A stretch of DNA of 64,000 nt from Octopus sinensis (lineage: Eukaryota), in assembly GCF_006345805.1 (NCBI RefSeq), contig NC_043012.1, forward strand, positions 10,974,001 to 11,038,000. The letters run 5' to 3'. This document shows positions 23,470-36,600 of this stretch, one piece after another. Below the pieces are notes generated by a model. It saw only the letters and a program-made list of their open reading frames with translations. It did no database searches and was not told the DNA's origin. Position numbers and translations under genes: made by a program. The stretch's first letter is position 1. Each line of letters starts with the position of its first letter.

Positions 23470-24250
23470 TGGATATTGGTCCCACGTAAAAAGCATCCAG
23501 TACACATTGTTAAGTAGTTGGCATAAGGAAGGGCATCCAACCATAGAAACCAAACCAAAACAGACTAAGGAACTTGATGTGGTCCCTGTTCTTGCCAGTT
23601 CCTGTCAAGCCATCCAACCCATGCTGGCAAGGAAATCATCGTCATCATCACTTAATGTCTGTTTTCCATCCTGGTATGGGTTGGATGGTTTGACTGGAGC
23701 TGGCAAGGCCAGGTGCAACATCAGGCTCCATTGTCTGTTCTGGTATGCTCCCTATGGTTAGATGCCCTTCTTAATGCCAACCACTCCCCAGAGTGTACTG
23801 GATAATTTTTACGTGACACCAGCAACAGGGATTTTAACATGACACTAGCACTGGTATCAATTCTGCTGTGGGGGGACGGGTTTTCTTGAGTGCAACCTCA
23901 GTCCTTTGTCATCTCCTTTTGTAAGGCTCAGTGTCTTGAGATTGGCCTTCAGAACTTCATCGCATGTTTTCCTGGGTCTCCCTCTTCCACAAGTTCCATT
24001 CACTTTAAGTGATCGGCACTTCTATATGCAACTTCTACATCTACACGCATTGCATGACCAAACCAGTGCAGCCTTCTCTTCTGCACTCTGCATATAATTC
24101 CTCTTATACCCAACTTTTCCCCTCAATACACTAGCGCTCTATCACACGTGTACATCGACATTGCACATCCAGTGGAATATACTAGCTTCATTTCTCACAA
24201 CCATGTAGCATTGCTGTTCCTATACATGTGACATACAACCTTCCTTTCAT
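23470..24250. mobile_element. Tail-to-tail RTE copies (+ 23470-23630; - 23636-24250)
   Basis: Same 3' UTR in opposite orientations; the minus copy continues into RT C-terminal sequence. Confidence 0.75.
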
Positions 24251-24574
24251 ATAGACATCAAATGATGATGATGATGATGATGATGACAGAAAATAAATTA
24301 CAAGATTTTTCAGACATGTGCAAAGCCTTTGATTTGGTAGAAGAATTTATTGATTGAAACCTGAAGACGAGTATAGCCATTGCTATGTCATTGTTATTAG
24401 ATCTATAAATGACCTCTGGTAACCTCCTTGATGTAGTTGTCATGGAAATTTCATGACACCATAAAAAAGTACTTTCTTGTTATCTTTCTTCAAGTAATTC
24501 TCACAAGACACTAAGTTTGCAGATACATAGGTATACACTAGTGATTCTCAATCAAGGTCTATATAAGATTTTTG

Positions 24575-24918
24575 CAGGAGTGGCTGTGTGGTAAGTAGCT
24601 TGCTTACGAACTACATGGTTCTGGGTTCAGTCCCACTGCAAGGCACTTTGGGCAAGTGTCTTCTACTATAGCCTCGGGCTGACCAAAGCATTGTGAGTGG
24701 ATTTGGTAGACGGAAACTGAAAGAAGCCCAGTACATATTCTAGCAGTCTCTTTTGCCAAACGGCTAAGTTACGAGGACATAAACACACCAGCATTAGTTG
24801 CCAAGCGATGTTGGGGGGGGACAAACACACACACACAAACATATATACATACATATATATATATATATATATCTTTCTTTATTCTTTATCTAGTTTCAGC
24901 TCACGAGCTGTGGCACCG

Positions 24919-24949
<31 letters not shown>

Positions 24950-25040
24950 TACGACGGGCTTCTTTCAGTTTCTGTCTACCAAATTCACTCACAAGGCTTT
25001 GGTCGGTCCGAGGCTATAGTAGAAGACACTTGCCCAAGGG
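24575..25040. mobile_element. Inverted or rearranged SINE-A fragments
   Basis: Plus-strand 5' half (24575-24730) followed by minus-strand 3' and 5' fragments. Confidence 0.75.
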
Positions 25041-25964
25041 GAGTAAATATTATCACATTGGCACCAAACCAAAAAGGCTGGAAAAAAAGGCCAATATCAC
25101 CTGAATAGCTGTGGAGTTGAACATTCACTTTGTAGCCAAGTGATTTCAGGTTCAACCCTAGTGTGTGTCAACAAGGGTACTTTTCTACTAAAGCCTAGGG
25201 TTAAGCAATACCCTTACCAGATGGAAACAGTACAGAAGGATGTTGTATGTGTGTCTCTGCATTGGCTTTGCTAAATCTGTGATAGTTTGACATGAGATAT
25301 GCCATTGGAAATACTTTCATTTGCAATACAAATCTATTCAGTAATGGATTTTATAATAGTTGCAGTATTTCAGAAATAAAAATATTTTATCGTAGTACAG
25401 ACAGATGCTCAGATTTCAATAATGTCAATATCTAGGTGTTACCCTCATTAAATATTGTCACTTTGAAGTAGTGTTTTTGATAAAGGAAATGTGACATTCT
25501 GGCCTTCCATACACAAGTTCACAGAAATAATTTCATGAGACACACATCTAGCAGTTGTGTTGAAGATTAATGTATATATTGCTGTCATAGATAAAATAGA
25601 ACAGTATTATAATGATCTTAAACCATTGTTACATATCCGCTAGCCTTGACAATAGGTATAACCTCTGACATGCCATTGCAATTTGGCAAAACTCTTCACT
25701 GGTAAAAAAAAAAAAGAAACACAGGTAACGTAGTACAATGTACCCCTGCCTAATACTTGGGTTTAAAAATCTGGGAAGAGAGCAGCATTTGTCATCATCA
25801 TCATCATCACTTTAACAACCACTGCTCCTTACTAGCAAGAATCAGATGTAAATCATTGATGTATATTTTCTACAGCCCACAAACCCTCGCCTGATATCTT
25901 AAGCAAGATAAAGTCTCACCTTCATCAGTCAATTCCACAGAAGCCTGCAAACATGATATACTAT

Positions 25965-26362
25965 TTCTTATTTCTTTATTGCCCACAAGAGGGGACAAAC
26001 AAGGACAGACAAAAGGATTAAGTCGATTACATCGACCCCAGTGCATAACTGGTACTTAATTTATCAACCTTGAAAGGATGAAAGGCAAAGACGACCCCAG
26101 CAGAATTTGAACTCAGAACGTAGCGGCAAACAAAATACCTATTTCTTTACTGCCCACAAGGGGCTACACACGGAGGGGACAAACAAACAGATTAAGTCGA
26201 TTATATCAACCCCAGTGCGTAACTGGTACTTACTTAATTGACCCCGAAAGGATGAAAGGCAAAGTTGACCTCGGCGGAATTTGAACTTAGAAAGTAGCGG
26301 CAGACGAAATACCACTAAGCATTTTGCCCGGCATGCTAACGTTTCTGCCAGCTCGCCGCCTT
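25965..26362 (-). mobile_element. SINE family C with tandem internal unit; other copies 5300-5520, 11980-12190, 40120-40290, 60385-60600, 60770-60860, 62360-62500
   Basis: Shared core gaaaggatgaaaggcaaagtcgacctcggcggaatttgaactcag. Confidence 0.8.
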
Positions 26363-26619
26363 TTAGCGGATACTATTTCTATGATGATGATGCTTGTTCA
26401 TAACTATTGTCAAATCACACATTGACAGGGGGTCTGGTTGGCCTGGGACTATAGAATATATGGGCCCAAGGTGCTGTGCAGTGGGACTGAACATAAACTC
26501 ACAGACTCAGGGAGCAAACTTCAACCAACCAGCTGTTCCCTTCTAAACGGTATTTACCCGATTCTTTAAGATGTCCCAACAAACTTCTTTATTTTCTGTG
26601 CATACATATGCATACTTTA

Positions 26620-27115
26620 ATTTGTTTCAGTTATTTGACTGTGGTCATACTGGAGCACTGCCTTAAAAGGTTTTAGTCGAAGAAATCGACCCCAGGACTT
26701 ATTCTATTGGTTTCCTTTGCCAAACTGCTGTTATGGGGATGTAAACACACCAACACTGGTTGTCAAGTGGTAGTGGGAGGGGGGGTAAACAGACACGGCC
26801 TAGTAGGTAAGGTGTTAGAAGTAGTGACATAATAGAGGTGGATGTTTCAAATCTCTGCTAGGAAATCAAACTTTAAATGGCAGTGCTCCAGCATGGCCAC
26901 AGCTAGTGAGCTGAAACTAGATAAAATAAAAAATAAAATATATACACATACACAATGAGTTTCTTTCAGTTTTTGCCTACCAAATCTACTCACAAGGCTT
27001 TTATCGGCCTCAGGCCATAGTAGAAGACACTTGCCCAAGGTGCCACACAGTGGGACTGAACCCGGAACCATGTGGTTGGGAAGCCAGCTTCTTACCACAC
27101 AGCCATTCCTGTACC
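26620..27115 (-). mobile_element. Two SINE-A copies; another 3' half at 28145-28370
   Basis: Reverse-complement matches with CpG decay. Confidence 0.75.
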
Positions 27116-28081
27116 TATAGTGATGTCAGCAAAAGAATTCAAAAGGTTTTAGCGACATGACAGAACTTGGTTTTTAATGAAGGAACTTGAAGTAGATAAA
27201 GCTATATATACTGGTGGATTGTAAATATTGGGCTAAAGAAAAACTTTTGAAAGGTAAAAGTCAGAGGCTGTTTTACATGCTAATATCTATAGCTTTACCT
27301 GCTTTCAGTTTACACCATCAAAAACTATATAACTATAGACACACACACACAAATAAAAAATATAATAAAACAAACAATAATAACCAAAAACAATTTCTAT
27401 TTACAATAACTTTATTCACAAAAAAAAAAAAAAATTCACTTTCATTTAATATTATACATATCTGAACCATATTTATAAGTTTCGTTTTTCTTTTTTCCTG
27501 TTTTTCCTCAAGAGTAGAGTCACTATCATCATCATCATCATTGGCGGCAACTTCATTACCATTTTGAAACATCATAGCAGTTTTAAAAATAACAATAACA
27601 AAAATACTAGAAGGTAAAATGTTCTGTGAACATCTTACTCCAAGAGTTTCGAGTTACTGTTTAAAACAACTCAACTGTTTATAGTTCCAAAGAGGAAATC
27701 TGAAGAGGATTTCAGCAAAAGAAAGAAAAAAAAAAATGTGTGGAAGTCATTCAGAATAATTGTGGAACTTTGTGGAAATTTGGAGGAACTGAAGTGAATT
27801 TGTTTGCAAAATGACAAAATGGTTCGGGTTTTTTTTTATGACGGAATGAAGAGGTGTTGAACGGATGATTATAATGTTTGGTAAAGACTAAGGATGCTGT
27901 GTGAGGTCTTGGAGGTTATCTTCATGTCTGAACACTAACCTACAAAACTAGCAGAATAACAAGGTATTAATAAACCAACAGTTCTTTCTGCAAACCAGAT
28001 CTGACAAGCAGACTGATACAGCTTGATATATATGCGAGTGTGTGTGTGTCTATGTATGTGATGTATGTGTACGTGTGTGTC

Positions 28082-28123
<42 letters not shown>

Positions 28124-28914
28124 TATATACATACATACACACACTCTCTTTTACTTGTTTCAGTCATTTGACTGTGGCCATGCCGGAGCACCACCTTTAG
28201 TCGAGCAAATCGAACCCCAGGACTTATTCTTTGTAAGCTGAGTACTTATTCTATTGATCGGTCTTTTGCCGAACTGCTAAGTTATAGGAACGTAAACACA
28301 CCAGCATCAGTTGTCAAGCGATGCTGGGGGACAAACACAGACATACAGATATATACATATATACAACGGGTTATATATATATATATACACACATATAGTG
28401 AAATGGGTTTTGTGGTGTATTTTCCAGCAGACTAATACTGAAAAGTCATATAGTATTTGCTGGTAGTTATTTTTAGCCCCAGGCCACCACTGATCAAAGA
28501 GACCTATAATTGATAAAGACAGTCCAGTCATGGCCAGCTAGTTCGGATCCTCATTTCCCTGATGTTTTTTTTTTGTTTTTGTTTTTTTTGTTTTTTCTGA
28601 CACTGTAACTGAAACCAAGATTACCCAGTATGACACGGATTAGCTGCTGCTTCTAGTGGGTCGATGGATTATGTAGAGACACTTTTGTTGGTTCAGTTTC
28701 CAGGAGACGATTGTTGTTTAGCCCTTGGTAAATGTTAGACAAACAAATCTAATGATCATTGGAAGAACAGCTGTGATCGTTCCATCCCATCTTTTTTTTT
28801 TCTTGACTTCATTTTTTTTTTTTTGACAAAGCATTCAAGGGAGATTTGCCTGCTACTTTTAGCAGATGCAGTCACTACATAGAGATTCTCTTATTTACAG
28901 AAACTTATTCTTAA

Positions 28915-29382
28915 CCTTTTTGATATCAACTTGCCTGAGACATCCCCACCAAGTTCTTTGATATAAGCTTTCTGCTTTTCAAAGAGGTCTAAATTAAAAA
29001 ACTTTTCATCAAAATTTCAAATTTAATTTGTTCCAAGCTCCAACTTAATATTGGTTACAAATTTTGGCACAAGGCCAACAAATTAAGGGGAGGGGATAAG
29101 TTGATTACATTGACCCCCCAGTGTCCAACTGGTAGGTACTTATTTTATCAACCTTGAAAGAATGAGAAGCAAAGATGACCTCAGTGGAATTTGAACTTAG
29201 AACATAAAGACATGAGATGCTGCTAAGCAATTTGTTCGACATGCTAACGAATCTGCCTGCTCACCATCTTACTCCCAACATAATATTGACAAAATTATTT
29301 TACTAAATTTTTCATTATTATTTTCAAAATAGGATTCAAACAGAGGTGGGGGCATTTCGACGGCAATATGGCATCAAAAGGG
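28915..29382. mobile_element. Degenerate piggyBac-type MITE with nested SINE-C fragment (about 29055-29280)
   Basis: TTAA|cctttttgata ... gcatcaaaaggg|TTAA. Confidence 0.6.
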
Positions 29383-30463
29383 TTAAAGGCAATACTAACA
29401 AAATGACCAGTCAAAACAAGGTGAAAACCCAAGTGAATTAGTTGTCGTCTGAGGAACCCAGACGAACAAGACAAAATTGTAATATCTTATCAAATTATGG
29501 TAACTCTTTAAAATGAAAATTTTACAAATCCCCTGTTGATTGGAATTGAATGCACCTGGACAAAAAAAAAAAAAAAATAAGGGCTAAGAGAATGGCAAAG
29601 ATGTAGGATTGCCCTCACATAGGGTATAGTTGTGAGGTGAGGTTAGCTCAAGGTACAAAACTGGACTAAGATATGTAAATGCTTCTGTAAAATAGAAGCA
29701 TTGTGTTCAGGAATATCTTGTCTTTAATATGGTGATCTGCAATGTGAAATGTCATTTCCCAAGAATTTCTATATTCACTGATTTGCAGCTAACATGGGAG
29801 TCGGTGGTAAAATAGGTTATGGAACTTCACATAACATTTAGGAACACGACACTTCTGTAAAGTGAACATCCTATAATGAAAAATAGGGATTAGGACATAC
29901 AACAAACAATGTGTGTGTGTGTATGTGTGTGTGTGTAGGTGCATGGCCTAGTGGTTACGGCGTTGCATTCATAATCACTAGATCAAGGGTTCGATTCTGG
30001 AACCGAGTTGCACATTGTGTTCTTGAGCAAAACACTTCATTTCACTCAGCTATAAATGGGTAACCCTGCAACAGCCTTTTAATCAGAGGGAATGCTGGCC
30101 TGCTCACCTAGCCAGCAGGGTGGCATTATTTGAAAACTAAAACAGTGCAAAGCACATTGTAACTAGTGATGTATAACAATATCCATAGTCTGGTCGATCA
30201 CATGATATATCACTTACACGTCTGTTTTCCATCCTGGCATTGGTTGGACGGTTTGACTGAAAACTGGTAAGCTGCACCAGGTTCCAATCAGATTTAGCAT
30301 GGTTCCTACAGCTGGATACCCTTCCTAACACCAACCACTCAAAGAGTGCAGGGGCTGCTTTTTACGTGCCACAGGTACAGGTGTGAGTTATGTAACACAG
30401 GCATGAGCCATGACTACAATCTGACTTAGCTTGGCTGATCTTCTCAAGCACAATACATGCCAT

Positions 30464-30494
<31 letters not shown>

Positions 30495-30499
30495 ATATA

Positions 30500-30648
30500 T
30501 AATCAAAATAAGCAACAAGTATATCCAAGGTAGAGTTGTACAATTGTTTCATACTGCTTCATTTTATTAAACACTGTAAGTATTACTGATGTAGCATGAA
30601 ACAATTGTACTACTCTACCTTGGATATACTTGTTGCTTATTTTGATTA
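30500..30648. mobile_element. Fold-back MITE, about 60-bp TIRs, TA TSD (Tc1/mariner type)
   Basis: taatcaaaataagcaacaagtatatccaaggtagagttgtacaattgtttcat and its near-perfect reverse complement about 30 nt downstream; TA on both sides. Confidence 0.85.
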
Positions 30649-31377
30649 TAATCACCCCATTTGATTTATATGGATAATACCTTACAAAATTCTGGTGCCT
30701 TTGACTTAAGTACCATATTCATCTGAATCTAAATCTTGCTGATCTTATATGTATGTAAGTGTGTGCGTGCACAAAAACAAAGATGGAGACTTAAATTTAC
30801 ATATTGGTTTGCAATCAGAATATCTTCTGTAACAGACCAATCTATCAATAACATTACAGTGTCAAGATGATGGTTGTTTTAACTCCAAGTTGACTCCAAT
30901 CAAACAGACCAACAGTAAAAGACATCCCAGCTCTAACCAATATTTTGTATATTTTTTTTTTTCAGGTATTCTATTCTTCATGCTAAATTATTCCTACTTT
31001 TAATACAGTAAAATGTGATTTAAGGGAAATTTAGTTACAATTTCTGGGCAGCTTGAGTCACAAGGTAAACTGCCCTGTAGACTTTTACCAAATCAAAGAA
31101 CCAAAAAAGAAACTGGAGGTAACTCAACGGCTACTTTTGGTACAACTGTAGCATCACTGTCTGCTTAAATCTGCATTCGACTTATCAAGAAATTAGACAA
31201 ATAGGAAAAAAACTAATATCTCTTGCTGAAAGTTCACCTTATATTAAAATAAAAATTAAAATTAAAAAAAAAACGTATGGATAAACTGATGAGAAGTGAG
31301 ACTAAAGGTTGAAAAAAATAAATTATTGTTAGCACATGCCATCAGTTTACTGTTTTTCCTGAGTGAATTAATTTGGC

Positions 31378-31852
31378 TTAAACCATTAGTATTTAAACCA
31401 ATCATAATATTCTACTTGTTTTATATTCAAAATGGCCAGATCTGGCCTCTCACACTAACCCTGTAATATCCTTTTTACTTTTTTAATTTTTTAGGCACAA
31501 GGCTCAAAGTTCTTGGGGAGAGGTCCAGTCGATTAGATCGACCCCAGTGCACAACTGGTACTTAATTTATCGACCCCCCAAAAGGATGAAAGACAAAGTT
31601 GACCTCAGTGGAATTTGAACTCGGAACGTAAAGACAGACGAAATGCCACTAAGCATTTCACCTAGTGTGCTAATGTTCCTGCCAGCTCACCACCTTCAAC
31701 CCTACAATATCATTCTAAAAAATTAACAGTTCCCTCACTGAAATCTCACAGCTACGAATTAATGCATGATTAAACCAAAACAAATGTGAATATATAAAAA
31801 AAAAAAAGGGCATTATTTTTGACAGAATAATGCAAACGCTAAAGAGTTGTTA
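31378..31852. mobile_element. piggyBac-type MITE (tgctaaagggttaa family) interrupted by SINE-C
   Basis: MITE interior split by a minus-strand SINE flanked by imperfect 14-bp duplication aaccctgtaatatc (31457) / aaccctacaatatc (31698). Confidence 0.65.
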
Positions 31853-31884
31853 AACCATGATATTGGCAAATAAATCAACTTTAA

Positions 31885-32105
31885 CCTTTTCATTACCAAC
31901 CCGGCTGAAACTAGCTCTGGCGCTGCAGTACAAATGTCTTGTTTTCATAAATTTTGAATTAAAATCTTCCACCAAACCTTAGTCACAATTTATGTTCCTA
32001 ACATTAGCTTAATGATAACCAAGTTATTTTACTAAATTCTTTGTTATATCTAAAATAATTGGAAGAAACACAGAGCATCTCAACAGAAATATGGTAACGA
32101 AAGGG
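31885..32105. mobile_element. piggyBac-type MITE, same family as 23217
   Basis: TTAA flanks, the same right terminus gtaacgaaaggg and a closely similar interior. Confidence 0.85.
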
Positions 32106-33470
32106 TTAACTTATATTTGAAGTCAAATCTTGTAAACTTCTATACTTCAGGGTTAATGTCAGGTGACAAATTCCTCCTCTTTACCAATCTGAAGTCTGGT
32201 CCCAAAGTTTATAAAACACTTATTATTATTACTGAGTGAGAGAGAGCAATGCATGCCATCAAAATAACACTGGGGTACAAAAATACAAAACCCAATATAC
32301 CCATCATGATTAACCATCTGATAAGGGTACACTAGGTACATGCATCACAACCATATGTGCATGACATGATGATCTCGTATCAAAACAAACAGTGCATAAC
32401 CTTGCAGGTGGGGCCCAGTTAGAATTTTCTTCAGGTCATGTAGCCCATCTCACTCAAAAGGTCCCTGAATAAGGGTTAGAGATGTTGAATGAAATACCCA
32501 TGTTTCCAGTGATGAATTATTTAAATGCCCAAAGAATTCTTCTCAACACATGACTACGATGCTCCCCCACTACTTCTGCTCATGATCAGAGATGCAGATA
32601 TCATCAGCCACTAAGGGACATGTTCAGCTGGTTACGGTCAAACAACTGACAAGCAAGTCTGTGGTACTGAGCAGAATATTTGCTGTAGCCAATTTTTTTA
32701 TACCATATTATTAGTAGTAGTAGTATTATTGCTGCTGCTGTTGTTTTTATGGAACAGGACAAAATAAAGTCAAGCCTGGCGCGACGCCAATTCAAACATA
32801 TGCATTCTGAATTGGAAGAACCTGCTAGGATCAACTTTGACGATAAATCTGTCACCACATGACAATCTAATGGATCACATTCATATAGCAGGACAAAAAC
32901 CACAAATTGTTTAGAGGAGACATCAATCTAAACAACCCTAAAATATAACCGGTACTTATTACAGAAAGGATTTAACTCGAATGTTATAAAAATATATATA
33001 TAAACAAACAACTCAGTATTGGCAAGTGTTGAGTCTGGTAGTTTGAAGTTGATCAACCAAAGTCTTCCTTCTTATTATACACACACAAATACACCAGAAA
33101 TGTTTGAAAATTCCCCTGAATTGAAGGTAGCAGCATGTCTCTGACTAGATTATAGGGTTCCAAACTGGAAGCCAGGTAGCCAAAAATGGAAAGTATTGAG
33201 TGTAGTTAAGGGATGAGTTCAAGTTGGAATGACATGTACCCTGAAAATAGGGATGTAGATCATATATATACATACATGTGTGTGTGTGTCCATGTTTATA
33301 TTACTTTTATATCCATTTGCCTCATGTTGGCATGGCTAAGACAAAACGAGTTTACAGTTGGATGCTTTTCCTGTCAACAACCTTTACTTTCCAAGCAAAG
33401 TGCAGTTTATTCGATAGGTCTTTACATACAGACACACATAGTGTTTGTGTATATATATATATACATACAT

Positions 33471-33823
33471 ACATGCCTTGAGATATCTATATATATATAT
33501 ATATATACATACATATACATACATACATGCCTTGAGATATCTATATATATATCTATATATACATATATATATATATACATACATGCCTTGAGATATCTAT
33601 ATATATATCTATATATACATATATATATATATACATACATGCCTTGAGATATCTATATATATATATACATGCCTTGAGATATCTATATATATATACATGC
33701 CTTGAGATATCTATATATATATACATGCCTTGAGATATCTATATATATATATACATGCCTTGAGATATCTATATATATATACATGCCTTGAGATATCTAT
33801 ATATATATACATGCCTTGAGATA

Positions 33824-33859
<36 letters not shown>

Positions 33860-33878
33860 CACGCCTTGAGATATCTAT
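33471..33878. repeat. Minisatellite: 11 copies of an 18-bp core with variable (AT)n/ACAT spacers
   Basis: acatgccttgagatatct at 33471, 33525, 33581, 33637, 33667, 33695, 33723, 33753, 33781 and 33809; variant acacgcc at about 33859. Confidence 0.92.
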
Positions 33879-34739
33879 ATATACATACACATGTGTATGA
33901 TGTATACATGTATATAAGGATGCATATATATATACATACATACGTATGTGTATGTATACATGTATATAAGGATGCATCATCATCATCATATATATATATA
34001 TATACACAAACGCATGTATGTGTATGTATACATGTCTATAAGGATGCATATATATATATATATATATATATGTAAAATAATCTTAATCATAGCTTTAACA
34101 TTTACCTCTCATGAGACATTGTAATTCCACCCTTCCTGATGTCACCCACTTCCATTGCTTCACACAACATACAGTCGTATGGTGTATATATGTTCTAAAC
34201 ACCAAGGGATACATATAGATATGATTTACATAACCACAACTATAGTTACTAAATGTACATAATCACTGTGATATTTTTGATAAAAACATTCTTCCTGTAT
34301 ACAGACGTTTGTGTATAATTGTGTGTATATATAACATGAAGCAGTAAATATATTGCTGTAGATTCAGTCCAGATGACCAATCCCCCTCGCTGAAGAAAAA
34401 ATAAAATTATCTCTATACTGTGAGTTCAAATCCTGCCAGGGCAAGTCTTTATCACTTTCTCAGGAGTTGCTAATTAAAAGAACCAATAGAAGAGATTCTT
34501 TCATCATTCTGGATTCCACTACCATTGTATCACTGATTTAACCTGGGAATTGCATTAGGGATACACAGGTCAGTAGAATACTCAGCCACTAACAAGGTGA
34601 ATTTCAGGTGGATTGAAAAGTCACTGTTGAAACCAAGAGGAGGAGGAGGAACCAGCATCAGTTATTAAAAAGACAAGTTAGTGTTAATACATCAAAGTAA
34701 TGGAGAACTGCAAGAAATATAAGGAGAAAAGGAAGAAAT

Positions 34740-35544
34740 AAGTTTAAACTGGCCATATTCATCCTTTCACACCTACCCTACAATGTTATATTGAACATAT
34801 ACAAGCGTATCATGGAAATATCAACAGAAAAAGATAATGCATAAGTAATTCAAAATAATGTGAACAAACAAGCGTGACATCAGACAGAATGGATGGATGG
34901 AAGCACTCCGTCGGTTACGACGACGAGGGTTCCGGTTGATCCGAATCAACGGAACAGCCTGCTCGTGTAAGTGTCTGAGCACTCCACAGACACGTGCATC
35001 CTTAATGTAGTTCTCGGGGATATTCAGTGTGACACAGAGAGTGACAAGGCCGGCCCTTTGAAATACAGGTACAACAGAAACAGAAAATAAGAGTGAGAGA
35101 AAGTTGTGGTGAAAGAGTACAGCAGGGATCACCACCATCCCCTGCCGGAGCCTCGTGGAGCTTTAGGTGTTTTCGCTCAATAAACACTCACAACGCCCGG
35201 CCTGGGAATCGAAACAGCGATCCTATGACCGCGAGTCCGCTGCCCTAACCTCTGGGCCATTGCGCCTCCACTCAGACAGAATAATCTGAATGCTAAAGAG
35301 TTAAACAAACCATATCTTGCTCAAATATTCTAATCTGTTTTATGTTAAAAACTGACAGCCAGATCCGGCCACTCACACCTACCCTATAATGTCCCTTCAA
35401 AAAATAAGCAATCACATCATCGAAATCACAAAGCTGCAACATAATGAATGATGGATTCAAAACAATGTGAAAAAATAGGCATTATGCTTGACAAAGTAAT
35501 GGGGCCAAATGTAACGATGCTTCAGTGATCTGAATGCTAAAGGG
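34740..35544. mobile_element. Two adjacent piggyBac-type MITEs of the tgctaaagggttaa family; the first carries a SINE
   Basis: Right termini atctgaatgctaaagag|TTAA (35301) and atctgaatgctaaaggg|TTAA (35545); shared interior cacacctaccctacaatg. Confidence 0.7.
34891..35271 (-). mobile_element. Full-length tRNA-derived SINE (family E here) with 11-bp TSD
   Basis: Head ggcgcaatggcccagaggttagggcagcggactcgcgg...gtttcgattccc (A/B-box-like); exact TSD tcagacagaat at 34880-34890 and 35272-35282. Confidence 0.85.
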
Positions 35545-36129
35545 TTAATGAACAACTTGCGTAGTTCTTGGCACTCAAGTGTAATCCCATGGGGGTCAGA
35601 ATTCAGTTTTGTTACTGGTAGGATGCAGGCCTCTTCCTCTACATCTAATACTTGAACGACATCATCAATGTCTGCCTTCCATGCTAGCATGGGCTGGAGG
35701 GGTTTGACAGGAGTTGGCCAGGCAGGAGCCTGCACCAGACTTCTGTATCTGTTTTGGCAAGGTTTTTACAGCTGGATGCCCTTCCTAGCAGATGCGGGAC
35801 CTTTCCCATACACTCTAACACCCAAACTGCTCAGGGGTTTATTTACACGTAGATATTATGAGTACTGTAACATAGGCAAGCAGAGTGGAAGGTGTTTAGA
35901 GCTGTGGGAGACACCTAATGGCAGCTTCTTATATGGGTGGGTTGTCCTCTTTACACATGTCCATACATACATACAATTTTTATTTGGTGAGCATAGAGGA
36001 AGGTGCAACCCCCATGCTGTCACAGATCTTTCAGTGAGATTAATGCTGTCAAAAATCTACAAGGAAGACACAAGCATGGAGATTAGGTAGGACCAATGTT
36101 CAGTGAGGAGGAAAGACCATGATCTGGGG

Positions 36130-36600
36130 TTTAGAGTGGGATTTAGGGGTTGAAAATCGATGATGGGGAGGTGGAGGAGAGACAAGTAGATTAGGAATGT
36201 CTGAGAGGAGATACAAGAGTCACTAACTCCAAAGAACAAAAACCATTGTTTGCAACAAGTAGAAAGGCAATCAGAGCAAGCATGAGGGAGTCAGAATGTC
36301 TGTGAATAATAGACAAATTAGTTGAATGGTCTATCTATGAATGCAATCTGCAGTGTATGTGTGTAGCAACAGCAGTGTCCTGGAAACAGAAGCAATACTC
36401 CAATGTGAACCTCACTTGAGCTTTGTAGAGTGTCAGCAGTTGTTGTGGGCTAGATTAATTTCTGAGCCTGTATAGAAGGGTTAGGTTTTGGGATGCAGTC
36501 CTAGCTATGTTAAGGATGATCTTCAGCAATAGTGAGGTCCAATATTTGGTGCCAATGGGAGGGTTCTAGAAGAATACCATTTGTGTTTAAGTAAAATGTA
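36130..36600 (-). mobile_element. Degraded CR1/Jockey-superfamily LINE, RT C-terminal fragment
   Basis: NIARTASQNLTLLYRLRN*SSPQQLLTLYKAQVRFTLEYC...NGFCSLELVTLVSP. Confidence 0.7.

Noticed and set aside
27333-27575. Minus-strand ORF MMFQNGNEVAANDDDDDSDSTLEEKQ
   Set aside because: Runs into poly-T and microsatellite with no good donor; the acidic look comes from a GAT repeat.
33471-33878. CRISPR-like repeat-spacer pattern
   Set aside because: Spacers are simple AT/ACAT repeats, the context is eukaryotic and there are no cas genes; it is a minisatellite.
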